A stretch of 64,000 nt of DNA, taken from the NCBI GenBank assembly GCA_963766715.1, contig CAVYBH010000012.1, forward strand, positions 512,001 to 576,000, read 5' to 3'. The position numbers and the translations under genes were made by a program. Origin of the DNA: an uncultured delta proteobacterium. Its GTDB lineage: Bacteria > Myxococcota > Myxococcia > Myxococcales > Anaeromyxobacteraceae. This document shows, one piece after another, positions 44,168 through 55,914 of this stretch (positions are counted from its first letter, which is position 1; each line of letters starts with the position of its first letter). The notes under the pieces were generated by a model. That model was given only the letters and a program-made list of their open reading frames with translations. It was not told the DNA's origin and ran no database searches.

Positions 44168-44716
44168 TCATGCAATGCGGCGAGCCCCACCGACCGGGCC
44201 GTCGTCATCCTGGTTGGCCGCCCCTCCGGCGATGCGAACGTGCCGCCGTCCGGCGCACTCCCCGGTCCTGGCCAGCACCCGGACGATCCGGGGCGCGCCA
44301 TCGCTCGACGCCACGTCGCAGGGGCACGGCGCAGTGGCCGGATCGCCGTCGTCGCCGGCCACCGACCGGAGCGCCTGGCGAAGCTCGGACTCGAGGCGGC
44401 GGAGCCGCTCGATGCGCTCCCGGGCGCGTCCGAGGTGGGCCGGAAGACGATCGCGCAGCAGGCCGCGGAACTCGCTGGCCGTGCGGCACCCCTCCCGCAT
44501 CGCCAGCATGGCCCGGATGTCGGGGATCGACAGTCCGAGCTCCCGCAGGTCGAGGATCAGCTGCAGCCTTTCGAGGGAGTTCGCGTCGTAGCGGCGGTGG
44601 CCGCCTTCGCTCACCATGGCGGGGCGCAGGAGCCCCTGCTCCTCGTAGAACCGGACGGTCCGGACGGTCTCGCCCGTGGCCCGCGCCAGGTCTCCGGTGG
44701 TGAAAATGCGTTCCAT
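44168..44716 (-). CDS. MerR family transcriptional regulator
   Basis: TTGDLARATG..VRTVRFYEEQGL, GHRRY, LGLSIPDI. Confidence 0.9.
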   Translation of the reverse strand: MERIFTTGDLARATGETVRTVRFYEEQGLLRPAMVSEGGHRRYDANSLERLQLILDLRELGLSIPDIRAMLAMREGCRTASEFRGLLRDRLPAHLGRARERIERLRRLESELRQALRSVAGDDGDPATAPCPCDVASSDGAPRIVRVLARTGECAGRRHVRIAGGAANQDDDGPVGGARRIA

Positions 44717-44772
44717 TCACCGGTTTGGCTAACCGGGGAGCCGGCGGGATGCAACGTCGCGAGCAGGTCCCG

Positions 44773-45918
44773 TCAGTCGCCGCCCAGGATGTCCCGGGCG
44801 ATGACCAGCCGCTGGATCTCGCTCGTGCCCTCGTAGATGGTCTGGACCCGGGCGTCCCGGAAGAGGCGCTCGACGGGGAACTCGTCGACGTAACCGTACC
44901 CTCCGTGAATCTGGACCGCCTTCGAGACGGCCACCTGCGCGGCCTCGCTGGCGAGGAGCTTGGCCATGGCCGCCTCCCGTCCGAAGGGCTCTCCGGCCTC
45001 CTTCCGCCCGGCGGCCCGGAGCGTCATCAGGCGGGACGCGTCGTGGGCGGTCTGCATGTCGGCGAGCGCGAAGGCGATGGCCTGGAACGAGGCGATGGGG
45101 ACGCCGAAGGCCTTCCGATCGCGGGCGTACCGGGTGGACGCGTCGAGCGCGGCCCGGATGGTCCCGGTGGCCTGGGAGGCGATCCCGATCCGCCCCCCGT
45201 CGAGCGCGGCCAGCGCGACCCGAAGCCCGTGCCCCTCGTGCCCCAGCACCGCCGATTCCGGGATCTCGCAGTCCTCGAAGGTGAGCGCCACGGTGCTCGA
45301 CGAGCGGATGCCCATCTTCTCCTCGTGGCGTCCCACGTGGAGCCCGGGCGTTCCCCCCTCGACGAGGAAGGCGGTGATCCCCTTGTTGCCGGCCTGGCTG
45401 TCGCTCCGCGCCCAGACGATGATCACCCCGGCCCGGTCGCCGCTGGTGATCCACTGCTTCGTGCCGTTCAGGACCCACCGGTCGCCGCGCCGCTCCGCCC
45501 GGGTGGTCATCGAGTTGGGATCGCTGCCGGCCTGGGGCTCGGAGAGGCCGAACGAGCCCGCCAGCCACTCCCCCGAGGCCAGCCGCGGCAGGCAGCGGGC
45601 CTTCTGCGCCTCGGTGCCGAAGCGCGCGATGGTCTCGCCCACCATGTTGGTCACGGCCATGGTGACCGACAGCGCGCAGTCGGCCCGGGCGATCTCCATC
45701 ACCGCCATGGCGTAGGCCACCGCGCCGGCCTCCGAGCCGCCGTAGGCGGCGGGGATGTTCACGGCGAGCAGCCCGAGCGCGCCCAGCTCGCGGATGAGCT
45801 CCTCGGGGAAGCGGGCCCGCCGGTCGGCCTCGGCCGCGGCCGGCGCCGCCCGCTCGGTGGCGAACTTGCGGGCGGCGGCCGCGACGGCGCGCTGCGTCTC
45901 CGTCCCCTCGAAGTCCAC
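44773..45918 (-). CDS. acyl-CoA dehydrogenase
   Basis: LSEPQAGSD, GTKQWIT, IYEGTSEIQ. Confidence 0.93.
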   Translation of the reverse strand: MDFEGTETQRAVAAAARKFATERAAPAAAEADRRARFPEELIRELGALGLLAVNIPAAYGGSEAGAVAYAMAVMEIARADCALSVTMAVTNMVGETIARFGTEAQKARCLPRLASGEWLAGSFGLSEPQAGSDPNSMTTRAERRGDRWVLNGTKQWITSGDRAGVIIVWARSDSQAGNKGITAFLVEGGTPGLHVGRHEEKMGIRSSSTVALTFEDCEIPESAVLGHEGHGLRVALAALDGGRIGIASQATGTIRAALDASTRYARDRKAFGVPIASFQAIAFALADMQTAHDASRLMTLRAAGRKEAGEPFGREAAMAKLLASEAAQVAVSKAVQIHGGYGYVDEFPVERLFRDARVQTIYEGTSEIQRLVIARDILGGD

Positions 45919-45927
45919 GGCCCGGTC

Positions 45928-47070
45928 CTACCCCTTGAGGACGTTCGCGGCGATCACCAGCCGCTGGATCTCGCTCGTGCCCTCGTAGATCTCGGTGATC
46001 CGGCTGTCGCGCCAGTGGCGCTCGGCGTCGTACTCCTTCACGTATCCGTACCCACCGTGAACCTGGATCGCCTTCGAGGTCACCCGCTCGCACATCTCCG
46101 ACGCGTAGAGCTTGGCCATGGCGCTCTCGCCGCTGTGGCGCACGCCCTGGTCCTTCATCCAGGCGGCCCGCCAGACGAGCAGGCGCGCCGCGTCGATCTC
46201 GGTGGCCATGTCGGCGAGCATGAACTGGATGGCCTGGAACTGGGTGATGGGCTTGCCGAAGGCCTTGCGGTCCTTGGCGTAGGCCACCGCCTCCTCGTAG
46301 GCCGCCTGCGCGATGCCGAGCGCCTGCGCGGCGATGCCGATGCGCCCCCCGTCGAGGGTCTGCATGGCGACCTTGAACCCCTCCCCCTCGCCGCCGAGCC
46401 GGAATCGCTCGGGGATGACCACGTCCTCGAAGAAGAGCGTGCAGGACCCGGACGCCCGGATTCCGACCTTGTCGTCGGCCCGGCCCCGGCTGAATCCCTT
46501 CACCGACGCGGGCACGAGGAAGGCGCTGATGCCCTTGTGCCCCTTGGAGCGGTCGGTCATCGCGAACACGATGACCACGTCGGCCTGCGGCCCGTTGGTG
46601 ATGAAGTTCTTCGTGCCGTTGAGGACGTACTCGTTGCCCTTCTTCACGGCCAGCGTGCGCATCTCCGCCGCGTCGGAGCCGCTCATGGGCTCGGTGAGGG
46701 CGAAGGCCCCCAGCCGCTCCCCGCGGGCGAAGGGCGTGAGGAACTCGCGCTTCTGGTCGTCGGTCCCGAACTTGTGGACCGGGTCGCAGTAGAGCGAGTT
46801 GTTGACGCTCATGATGACGCCGGTGCCGGCGCAGCCGCGGGAGATCTCCTCCATCCCCACCGCGTAGCTCACGTTGTCCATCCCGGCGCCGCCCAGCTCG
46901 GGCGGGATGGCGACGCCCAGCAGCCCCAGCTCGCCGAGCTTCTTCACGGCCTCGGCCGGGAACTGGTGGTCGTGATCCCACTTCCGGGCGTTGGGCTTGA
47001 GCTCCGCGTCCGCGAACTGCCGGCAGAGATCGCGGACCTGGCGCTGCTCCTCGGTGAGCTGGATGTTCAT
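45928..47070 (-). CDS. short-chain (butyryl-CoA-type) acyl-CoA dehydrogenase
   Basis: FALTEPMSGSD, LDGGRIGIAAQ, IYEGTSEIQ. Confidence 0.93.
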   Translation of the reverse strand: MNIQLTEEQRQVRDLCRQFADAELKPNARKWDHDHQFPAEAVKKLGELGLLGVAIPPELGGAGMDNVSYAVGMEEISRGCAGTGVIMSVNNSLYCDPVHKFGTDDQKREFLTPFARGERLGAFALTEPMSGSDAAEMRTLAVKKGNEYVLNGTKNFITNGPQADVVIVFAMTDRSKGHKGISAFLVPASVKGFSRGRADDKVGIRASGSCTLFFEDVVIPERFRLGGEGEGFKVAMQTLDGGRIGIAAQALGIAQAAYEEAVAYAKDRKAFGKPITQFQAIQFMLADMATEIDAARLLVWRAAWMKDQGVRHSGESAMAKLYASEMCERVTSKAIQVHGGYGYVKEYDAERHWRDSRITEIYEGTSEIQRLVIAANVLKG

Positions 47071-47084
47071 CGATTCTCCCGGTG

Positions 47085-47867
47085 TCAGTTGCCCTGGAAT
47101 CGGGCGGGTCGCTTCTCCACGAAAGCCGTCAGCCCCTCTCGACCGTCGGCGGTCCCGAAGAGCACGCCGAACGCGTCGGCCTCCATCAGCTGCCCGGCCG
47201 CGAGCTGCGGCTGCGCGGTGGCGCGCACGATCCGCTTGGCGGCGGCCACCGCGGCGGGTCCCTTCCCCGCGATCTTGCGCGCCTGTGCGAAGGCGTACTC
47301 GAGCAGCTTCTCGGGCGGGAGCACCTCGAGGGCCAGCCCCCACGCCTTGGCCGTCGCGGCGTCGACCATGTCCCCGGTCAGGATCATCTCCATGGCCCGG
47401 GCAGGCCCGACCCTGCGCTGCAGGCGCTGCGTGCCCCCGAACGCCGGGATGATCCCGAGGTTCACCTCGGGCTGGCCGAACCGGGCCCGCTCGCTCGCGT
47501 AGACGAGGTCGCACGCCATGGCGAGCTCGCAGCCGCCGCCCAGCGCGAAGCCGTTCACCGCGGCGATGGTGGGGATGGCGAGGGCCTCCAGCCGCTCGAA
47601 GGTGCGCTGGCCGGCCTCGGCGAAGCGCCGGGCCTCGAGCGGCGAGAGGAACGACATCTCGGCGATGTCGGCGCCCGCCACGAAGGCCTTCTCGCCGCCG
47701 CCGGTCACCACGATCGCGCGCAGCGCCCGGTCCGCCTCGACCGACGCGAGCAGCTCGCCGAGCTCCCGGATGGTGCGGGTGTCGAGCGCGTTGAGCGCCT
47801 TGGGGCGGTTCATGGTGACCACCCCGACTCCGTCCTCGACCCGCCAGAGGATGTTCTCGAGCTGCAT
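47085..47867 (-). CDS. crt: crotonase (short-chain enoyl-CoA hydratase)
   Basis: RPKALNAL, AFVAGADI, GQPEVNLG. Confidence 0.9.
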   Translation of the reverse strand: MQLENILWRVEDGVGVVTMNRPKALNALDTRTIRELGELLASVEADRALRAIVVTGGGEKAFVAGADIAEMSFLSPLEARRFAEAGQRTFERLEALAIPTIAAVNGFALGGGCELAMACDLVYASERARFGQPEVNLGIIPAFGGTQRLQRRVGPARAMEMILTGDMVDAATAKAWGLALEVLPPEKLLEYAFAQARKIAGKGPAAVAAAKRIVRATAQPQLAAGQLMEADAFGVLFGTADGREGLTAFVEKRPARFQGN

Positions 47868-47893
47868 CGTGCCTCCCGGCCGCCCTCGGGCGG

Positions 47894-48748
<855 letters not shown>

Positions 48749-48801
48749 GGACACACTCCTGTGCGGGAACGGGCCTTGATACGGAGAATCCGGCTGGGTT
48801 G

Positions 48802-49164
48802 TCAATCGTCGCGCTCGGGCACGTCGTGGACGGCGAGGACGACCGGGCCGCTCTCGGCCACGGTGACCGGCAGGACCGCCCGCCGGGGAGCCCCGGTCAG
48901 GCGCCAGACGCGCACGACCACCCGGTACTGGCCGTCGGTCAGCTTCACGTCCTGCTGGATCTGGGCAGGTGCTCCTGCCGGGAAGCGGAACTCGGCTTGC
49001 CGCAGTGCGGTATCGCCCCGGAAGACCTCCACGACGACGCGCCGGACCGCGCCTGCGTCGTCGAGGGCGTACACGAGGGAGACGTTGCGCGGGACCTCGC
49101 GGAAGACGAAGAGGCCAATCGCGGCGAACCCGAGGAGCAGGAGCAGCCGCAGGGCGGCCTTCAC
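48802..49164 (-). CDS. hypothetical membrane-anchored protein
   Basis: N-terminal TM; coupled to the upstream gene by a GTGA overlap. Confidence 0.65.
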   Translation of the reverse strand: MKAALRLLLLLGFAAIGLFVFREVPRNVSLVYALDDAGAVRRVVVEVFRGDTALRQAEFRFPAGAPAQIQQDVKLTDGQYRVVVRVWRLTGAPRRAVLPVTVAESGPVVLAVHDVPERDD

Positions 49165-49599
49165 TCCGTCTCCCCCTCCCCCTCCACGTCCGCCTTCGGG
49201 CGTCTCTTGACCCGGACCCGGACCGGCTGCTGCGGCCCGTCATCCGAGGCCTTGAGCCGCATCTCGGCGTGGATCTCGACCGTCATGTTCTCGAGCGACC
49301 GGAGCATCTCCTTGCGGAAGGTCTCCGAGTCGAGGAGGCGGCGCAGTTCCTGGCCGACCACCCGGACCACCTCGTCCCGGGCCCCGGAGGCCTGCGAGAC
49401 GAGGTAGGTGGCGAGGTCCTTGGGGAGCTTCCACTCCCGGGCCATCTTGCGGGCGCCCTCCTCGGTGAGGAACAGGGCGCCCACGCCGGTGAGGACGGCC
49501 TTGCGGACGACGTCGGCGACGAAGCCGACGGTTCCAGGGCCTCCGGGTGGCTCGTCCGGGAACGGCGGCGAGATCGTCGGGAATGTCCGGGTCAGCCAT
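49161..49599 (-). CDS. hypothetical helical protein (frameshift ~49560)
   Basis: VRKAVLTGVGALFLTEEGAR...LPKD. Confidence 0.7.
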
Positions 49600-49641
49600 G
49601 GACGAACCCTATCGCATCCCGCGCCCCGATGGGGCCGGCCG

Positions 49642-50727
49642 TCACGCCCGGGGCTGGGCCCCGATGACCGGAAGGCGCGGGGACTTCATCACCTGCACGC
49701 TGACGGCGCCGGCGACCTGCCCGGCCATCGCCACGAAGGCGCGGGCCTGGGGGCCGTCGGGCAGCGCCTCGACCACCGGCATCCCGGCGTCGCCGCCCTC
49801 CCGGATGGCCAGGTCGAGCGGGATCTCGCCGAGGAAGCGAATCCCCATGCGCTCCGCGGCGGCGCGCGCACCGCCATGGGCGAAGATCTGGGTCTCCTGG
49901 CGGCAGTGCGGACAGATGAAGCTCGACATGTTCTCGACAATCCCGAGCACCGGGATCCCCACCTTGTCGAACATCAGCTTGGCCCGGATCACGTCGGCGA
50001 GCGCCATGTCCTGCGGCGTCGAGACGAGCACGACCCCGGCCGCCTTGACGTTCTGGGCCAGCGTGAGGGGCACGTCGCCGGTTCCCGGAGGCAGGTCGAG
50101 CAGGAGGTAGTCGAGCTCGCCCCAGTTCACGTCCCGCATCAACTGGAGGAGCGCGCCGGTCACCATCGGGCCACGCCAAATCATGGCCTGATCCGGGTCG
50201 ACCAGGAACCCAATCGACATGAGCTTCAGGCCGTGGGCCTCGAGCGGATCGAGCCGGTTCCCCTCGACGGTGCTCGGCCGCTCGGTGACGCCGGTGAGGA
50301 GCGGGAGCGACGGTCCGTAGATGTCGGCGTCGAGCACCCCGACCTTGGCGCCGGACCGGGCCAGGGCGAGCGCCAGGTTGATGGTGACGGTGGACTTGCC
50401 CACGCCACCCTTCCCGGCGCCGACGAGGACGATGTTCTTCACGCCAGGCGTCATGGACGACTGGGCGACGCCGGGCGCCGAGCGGACGCGGGAGCCGAAG
50501 TGGAGGTCCACCTTGCTGGCGCCGGCGCCCCGGAGGGCGGCCTCGACGTCCTTCGCGATGGTGTCCTTGAGGGGGCAGGCAGGCGTGGTGAGCTCGACCT
50601 GGAGGGAGGCGACGCCGTCCTTCACGGTCAGGTCCTTCACCATCCCCAGGCTGACGATGTCCCGGTGCAGCTCGGGGTCCATCACCTTCCGAAGTGCCGC
50701 CATTGCGCTGTCGAGCGTGATCTCCAT
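49642..50727 (-). CDS. apbC: Mrp/ApbC Fe-S cluster carrier ATPase
   Basis: DPEL N-terminal domain, GKGGVGKST, DLPPGTGD, CPHC. Confidence 0.95.
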   Translation of the reverse strand: MEITLDSAMAALRKVMDPELHRDIVSLGMVKDLTVKDGVASLQVELTTPACPLKDTIAKDVEAALRGAGASKVDLHFGSRVRSAPGVAQSSMTPGVKNIVLVGAGKGGVGKSTVTINLALALARSGAKVGVLDADIYGPSLPLLTGVTERPSTVEGNRLDPLEAHGLKLMSIGFLVDPDQAMIWRGPMVTGALLQLMRDVNWGELDYLLLDLPPGTGDVPLTLAQNVKAAGVVLVSTPQDMALADVIRAKLMFDKVGIPVLGIVENMSSFICPHCRQETQIFAHGGARAAAERMGIRFLGEIPLDLAIREGGDAGMPVVEALPDGPQARAFVAMAGQVAGAVSVQVMKSPRLPVIGAQPRA

Positions 50728-50823
50728 GGTGGCGGGGCTATACCCGGGCGATCGGGTCGGGTCAACGGCCTGCGGGGGCCGGCGGAACCTCGCGCGGCGT
50801 CCGTGGCGTGACAAGATGCGGGC

Positions 50824-51762
50824 ATGCTTCGGGTCGAACGCCTCGAGGAGAACACCGTCCGCACCGGCGGCCGGGAGCTGGCCGCGCCGGGCGCCCACGT
50901 CTGGGTCGACTGCACGCCCGAGCCGGAGAACCTGGACTGGCTGGCGAGCCGATTCGGATTTCACCCCCTCGCGCTCGAGGACGCCGCGCACGCCGACCAG
51001 CGCTCCAAGTTCGAGGACTACCCCGGAACCGCCTTCGTCGTGCTCCACCGCCTTTCCGGGAATCCGGAGGGCGAAGGCGTGGGCGACAAGGAGCTCCACG
51101 CCTTCCTCACCGCCGAGGCGCTCGTCACGGTCCACGCCGAGCCCATCGCCGAGCTGGACGCGGTCTTCGACCGGGCAAAGGGAGACCCGGAGGTCCTGCG
51201 CCGGGGCCCCGACTTCGCCCTGTACCTCGTCTACGACGCCATCACCGACTCCCACTTCGCGCTCGCCGACCTCCTGTCCGACGAGGTCGAGGTCCTGAAC
51301 GAGGAGACGATCGAGAACCCCCGCGAGGAGGAGGTCGTGGCCCGCATCAGCGCGCTGCGCCGCCAGCTCGCCCACCTGCGCCGCCGGCTCGCCCCGCAGC
51401 GGGAGGTCCTCGCCGCCCTCTCCCGCCCCGGGCAGCCGGTCGTCCACGAGAAGACGGTGGTCTACTTCCGGGACGTGCAGGACCACGTGGTCCGCATCAC
51501 CGAGGAGCTCGACACGGCCAGGGACCTGGTCTCCCAGACCATGGAGATCTACCTCTCGTCGGTGAACAACCGGCTCAGCGCGGTCATGGCGCGCATGGCG
51601 CTCGCCGCCACCGTCTTCCTGCCCCTGACCTTCGTGACCGGGTTCTTCGGCATGAACCTGCCGGGGACCACGAATCCGCTGGGGTGGTGGGTGGTGGGCG
51701 TCTTCGTGCTCGCCCTGCCGCCCACGATGTGGATCTGGTTCCGGAAGCGCGGCTGGTTCTAG
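50824..51762 (+). CDS. corA: CorA family Mg/Co transporter
   Basis: FHPLALED, GFFGMN, two C-terminal TMs. Confidence 0.93.
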   Translation: MLRVERLEENTVRTGGRELAAPGAHVWVDCTPEPENLDWLASRFGFHPLALEDAAHADQRSKFEDYPGTAFVVLHRLSGNPEGEGVGDKELHAFLTAEALVTVHAEPIAELDAVFDRAKGDPEVLRRGPDFALYLVYDAITDSHFALADLLSDEVEVLNEETIENPREEEVVARISALRRQLAHLRRRLAPQREVLAALSRPGQPVVHEKTVVYFRDVQDHVVRITEELDTARDLVSQTMEIYLSSVNNRLSAVMARMALAATVFLPLTFVTGFFGMNLPGTTNPLGWWVVGVFVLALPPTMWIWFRKRGWF

Positions 51763-51769
51763 GCCGGTT

Positions 51770-52854
51770 CTAGGCCGGACGCACCTCGACGGTCCCCTCC
51801 CCGCCCTCGGCCCCCGTCACCTCGACGGCGACCGGCAGGAAGGCCCGGATCACCTCGGCATTGGTGGCGAGGTGGCGCGTCACTTCACTGACAGTATATC
51901 TCGTCCCCGCGTCCAGCCCGGCCGGCCGCGCGATCCGCCCAGCCGCCACGAGCGCGGCGGGGAGGAGCAACTGGTCGCCCAGCCGCGGGTCCACCGCGGC
52001 GTGCCCCTGGAGGAAGCGGGTGAACGCCCACGAGGCGGCGTCGGCGGTGCGTTCCGGGTCGCGATCCAGGTCGCCCGTGGCGGCGTGTCCCGACCGGGTG
52101 CGCTCGAAGCTCCCCACGACGAGCACGTGGCTTCCCGCGCGACGGGCCGGAGGGCAACGGGACCGACCGGACCTCGGCGAAGACGCCTCCCTCCCGGAGG
52201 CGGCGCTCGGCCCTCTCGGCCTGCCGCTCGGCGACCGAGAAGTCGAGACCCGCCACGAGGGAGAGGACCTCCGCCTGGACGAGCGTCCCCCGGTGGCCCA
52301 GGTCGAGCGGAGGCATGGCGCGGGCGGGATGGACCTCGGCGGTCATCTCTCCCCCCCTTCCGGGTAGAAGCCTGCCCGGACCAGCGAGAGGTCGAAAGCA
52401 AACCCCAGTCGAGCCACGGCGGGAGCCCAGACCAGCGCCAGGTAGTGGAACGAGGGGCTGTGGTCCTGGTGCGTCCCCCCCAGCAGGGTCACGCTGCTCG
52501 AGCCTCCGGCCAGGGCGAGCGGCCAGCAGAGGGTCTGGAAGAGAAGCGGGGCCGAGCCGGCCGTCCCGATGTCGAATCGCCAGGTTCCCGACGGGCGCCG
52601 GACGACGAGGAGTGAAGGAAATCCGGGGGGATCCGACCTCGTCGCCGGTGACGACGGCCTCGGTCAGCGTCGCCGTGGCCCGGACGGCGGCCAGGTGCTG
52701 GGGGCGCAGGCCGGACTTGAGCCGCCTGGCCCGGATGTTCGTCGATCTGGAAGGGCTGCCCGGTCACGGCCGAGAGCGACAGGGCCGAGCGCAGGATCTG
52801 GCCGCCCCCTTCGCCTTGGCCACCGTCCAGGACGATCAGGGCAGAAGTCTGCAC
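51770..52854 (-). CDS. rtcA: RNA 3'-terminal phosphate cyclase-like (many frameshifts)
   Basis: [35 protein letters not shown]. Confidence 0.8.
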
Positions 52855-52907
52855 GCCCGCCCATCTAGACCCCCCGCTCGAACCCCGTCAAGCCGCGCCG
52901 AAACTCC

Positions 52908-52934
52908 CGAAATAGGGCTCTGACTCCGCCGTAT
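52908..52934 (+). promoter_or_regulatory. candidate ECF autoregulatory promoter
   Basis: CGAAAT-N16-CGTA, close to the SigW-type TGAAAC-N16-CGTA. Confidence 0.4.
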
Positions 52935-52942
52935 GAGGCAGC

Positions 52943-53602
52943 ATGGTTGCAGCCCACGCATTTCCCGGGATAGGGTCCCTCGTCTCCTGGCCAGCGCTGA
53001 AGGAGAGGGACCGGGTCCTCTTGCCGCCTCCTTCGCACGACGCGAGCCTCGCCATCGCGGCCGCCCGCGGAGACCGCCAGGCCTTCGCGCGGCTCGTCGA
53101 GGAGAACAAGCGCTCGGTCTACGGCCTCTGCGTTCGCCTGCTCGCCGATCCCGAGGAGGCCCGCGACGCCGCGCAGGAGGCCTTCACGCGCGCCTATGCC
53201 GCGCTCGAGGGCTACGACCTCGAGCAGCCGTTCGCGCCCTGGGTCCTTCGCATCGCCCGGAACCTGTGCCTGGACATCCTGCGCCGGCGCATCCCGGCCC
53301 GCGCCCGGGTCGAGCTCGACGCCGACGACGACGAGGGGCCGCCTCACGAGCTCGCCGACACCGGCTCGGAGCGCGCCGACGATGCCATCCAGCGCGTCCA
53401 GACGCGCCAGGCCCTCGAGAAGGCCGTGGCCGCGCTTCCCCCCAACTACCGCGAGGTCGTGCACCTCTTCCACGTCGAGCAGCTCTCCTACAAGGAGATC
53501 GCGACGACGATGGGCATTCCGATGGGGACCGTCATGACCTGGTTGCACCGAGCCCGAGCCCAGCTGCGAACGCTTCTCGAGGGGCAGGAGGTCCGCCCGT
53601 GA
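52943..53602 (+). CDS. ECF sigma factor
   Basis: EARDAAQEAF, WVLRIARN.CLD, LSYKEIA..MGIPMGTV; start uncertain. Confidence 0.92.
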   Translation: MVAAHAFPGIGSLVSWPALKERDRVLLPPPSHDASLAIAAARGDRQAFARLVEENKRSVYGLCVRLLADPEEARDAAQEAFTRAYAALEGYDLEQPFAPWVLRIARNLCLDILRRRIPARARVELDADDDEGPPHELADTGSERADDAIQRVQTRQALEKAVAALPPNYREVVHLFHVEQLSYKEIATTMGIPMGTVMTWLHRARAQLRTLLEGQEVRP

Positions 53603-54117
53603 CGCACGACCGCCACATCGACGAGATCGAGGCCCAGTCCTTCCTGGACGGGCTCCTGCCCGAGGGCGAGCGCCTCCGCGTCGACGCGCACCTCGAGGGC
53701 TGCGAGTCCTGCCAGGCCCTGCTCCTCTCGTTCGAGAGCCTCGAGGAGGCCCTCTCGGGCCTGTCGCTGGCCGAGCCCCCCGCCGACTTCACCGCGGGCG
53801 TGATGGCGCGCATCGACGAGCGCGAGGCGGCCAGGGCCGGCGAGCGTCGCGTCGTCCTCGCGGTGCTGGCCGCGGTCTCCGCCGCCCTCGCCGTCGCCCT
53901 CCTCGTGGCCGGCCAGGCCGCCTGGGCGCCCGCCCTCTCGGCGGTGTCGTCCGTCGGCGTCCAGGCGCTGCGTGCGGTGCGCATCTCCTCCGACGTGCTG
54001 TCGCCGCTCGTCTCGGCTCTCCGGCTGGAGATCATCGTCGTCTCCGCCGCCATCGGAATCCCGCTCCTCCTCGCCGTCTCGCGCCTGGCCGTCCCCCGCC
54101 AGGGCCAGGTCGCCTGA
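53599..54117 (+). CDS. zinc-binding (ZAS) anti-sigma factor with TM helices
   Basis: HLEGCESC motif, two hydrophobic segments, GTGA overlap with the sigma gene. Confidence 0.88.
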   Translation: MTHDRHIDEIEAQSFLDGLLPEGERLRVDAHLEGCESCQALLLSFESLEEALSGLSLAEPPADFTAGVMARIDEREAARAGERRVVLAVLAAVSAALAVALLVAGQAAWAPALSAVSSVGVQALRAVRISSDVLSPLVSALRLEIIVVSAAIGIPLLLAVSRLAVPRQGQVA

Positions 54118-54130
54118 AAGGCACCCCGCC

Positions 54131-55844
54131 ATGATCGCCACCCTCGCACTCGCCACTCGCACTGGCGGCCCCGCCGGCCCTCCCGCCGCCCCCGGCTCCG
54201 CCCGGCGCGCCCTCGTCGGTCCCCGCTCCGCCGCCGCTCCGCGACCCCCGCCTCCAGGGCGAATGGCCGGCGAAGCCCTCCGACGCGAAGGTCACCCTGA
54301 GCGACGGCAAGATGAGCGTGGACAAGGCGCTCCGGAAGATCGCCGACGCCGCGGGCTGGAGCGTGGTCGCGAACACGGGCCGCGCCGGGGACCGGCTGCT
54401 CGTCCTCGACCTCCGCAACGTCCCCGTCGAGGTCGCGCTGGTCGCGGTCCTCGAGGGCACGCCCCTCGCCGCGACCCGGCGAGGCGACACCATCACGGTC
54501 GCCCCGCGGGTCACGCCCGTGGCCGACACGCCCGTCCTCTCCGGCTTCGAGACCCCTTCCGGCAAGAAGGTCACGGCCAACTTCACCGACGCCCCCGTCG
54601 ACAAGGCGCTCCGCCAGATCGCCGAGGCGGCCGGCTGGTCGATCGTCCTCCCTCCGGGGCTTCGCGGAGCGGTCAACGCGAACTTCCGGGCCACGCCCGC
54701 CGAGGAGGCCATGAAGGCGGTCCTGGCGCAGGCCGGCCTCTCCGCGGCCCGGGCTGGGTCGATCGTGACGGTGTCGCGGGAGTCGGGTCCGCGGCTCGTC
54801 ATCCGGGGCGACAAGCGGCGGCTGGTCTTCGACGGAAGCGGCGAGCTCCTGACGGAGGACATCCGCGGCATCGCCGACGAGGCGCGCCAGGCAGCGGCAG
54901 AGGCGGTGCAGGAGACGAACGAGGCGATGCGGGACGCCCAGGCCGACGTGGCCGACGCCGGCGGCAAGGGAGGCAAGGACAAGGTCATCTCGGGCGACAT
55001 CTCCATCGGCCCGGGCGAACGCTGGCGGGACGTGGTCGCGCTGCGCGGGAACGTCCACATGGGCGCCGGGGCGTCGGCCCGTCAGGTCACGGCCGTGCTG
55101 GGCTCCGTCGAGCTCGAGCCGGGCGCCACGGTCGACAAGGAAGTCGTCGCGGTCGGCGGGAACGTGCACGTCTCGCCGGGCGCCCACGTGGGCAACGACG
55201 CGGTCAGCGTCGGCGGCGAAGTCGTCATCGATCCGGGTGGCATGGTCGAGGGGCAGGAGGTCTCGGTCAGCATTCCGGGCTTCGCGGGGATCCTCGGGCT
55301 GGCCTCTGCCGACAGGCACGCGTCGAAGGGGCTCTCCTTCGGGCTCAAGGTCGGACAGGCCCTCGCCAAGTACGTGGTCTTCTTCCTGCTCGGGCTCCTC
55401 CTGCTCGCCGTGGCTCCTGCCCGGCTGGACCGCGTCACGGCCAGTCTCACCCGGTCCCCGGTGCGGGACGTCCTGGTCGGGCTCCTCGGCACCGTCGCCA
55501 TGCCCGTGCTCACGGTCCTCCTCGTGGTGACCATCGTCGGGATCCTGCTCGTCCCCGTCCAGATCATCGCCATCCTGCTGGCGGGCATCCTGGGCTACAC
55601 CGCGCTCGCGCTCCTCATCGGCCGGGCGCTCCCCTTCCGGCCGGAGAAGGCCACGGCGGTGGTCCAGCTGGCGATCGGGGTCGCCATCGTCGTGCTCATC
55701 AGCGAGATCCCGTTCGTGGGCGTCATGGCGATGGTCTCGGCGTGGTTCCTGGTCTTCGGGGCGGTGCTTCGCTCCCGCGGCGGGCAGCCGCCGTCCGCGC
55801 AGGCCGCGCCGACCACCACCATCGCCCCCACGCCGGTCGCCTGA
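54131..55844 (+). CDS. membrane protein: two STN-like domains, beta-helix repeats, multi-TM C-terminus
   Basis: VDKALRKIADAAGWSVV / VDKALRQIAEAAGWSIV; V.AVGG.V repeats; ~5 TMs; 5' frameshift. Confidence 0.75.
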
Positions 55845-55914
55845 ACGACCAGTTCGGGTGCGCCCCCTGGGGGGACTTGTGAAATGGACGTTTCAGGGCC
55901 AACAACTGTGAGCC

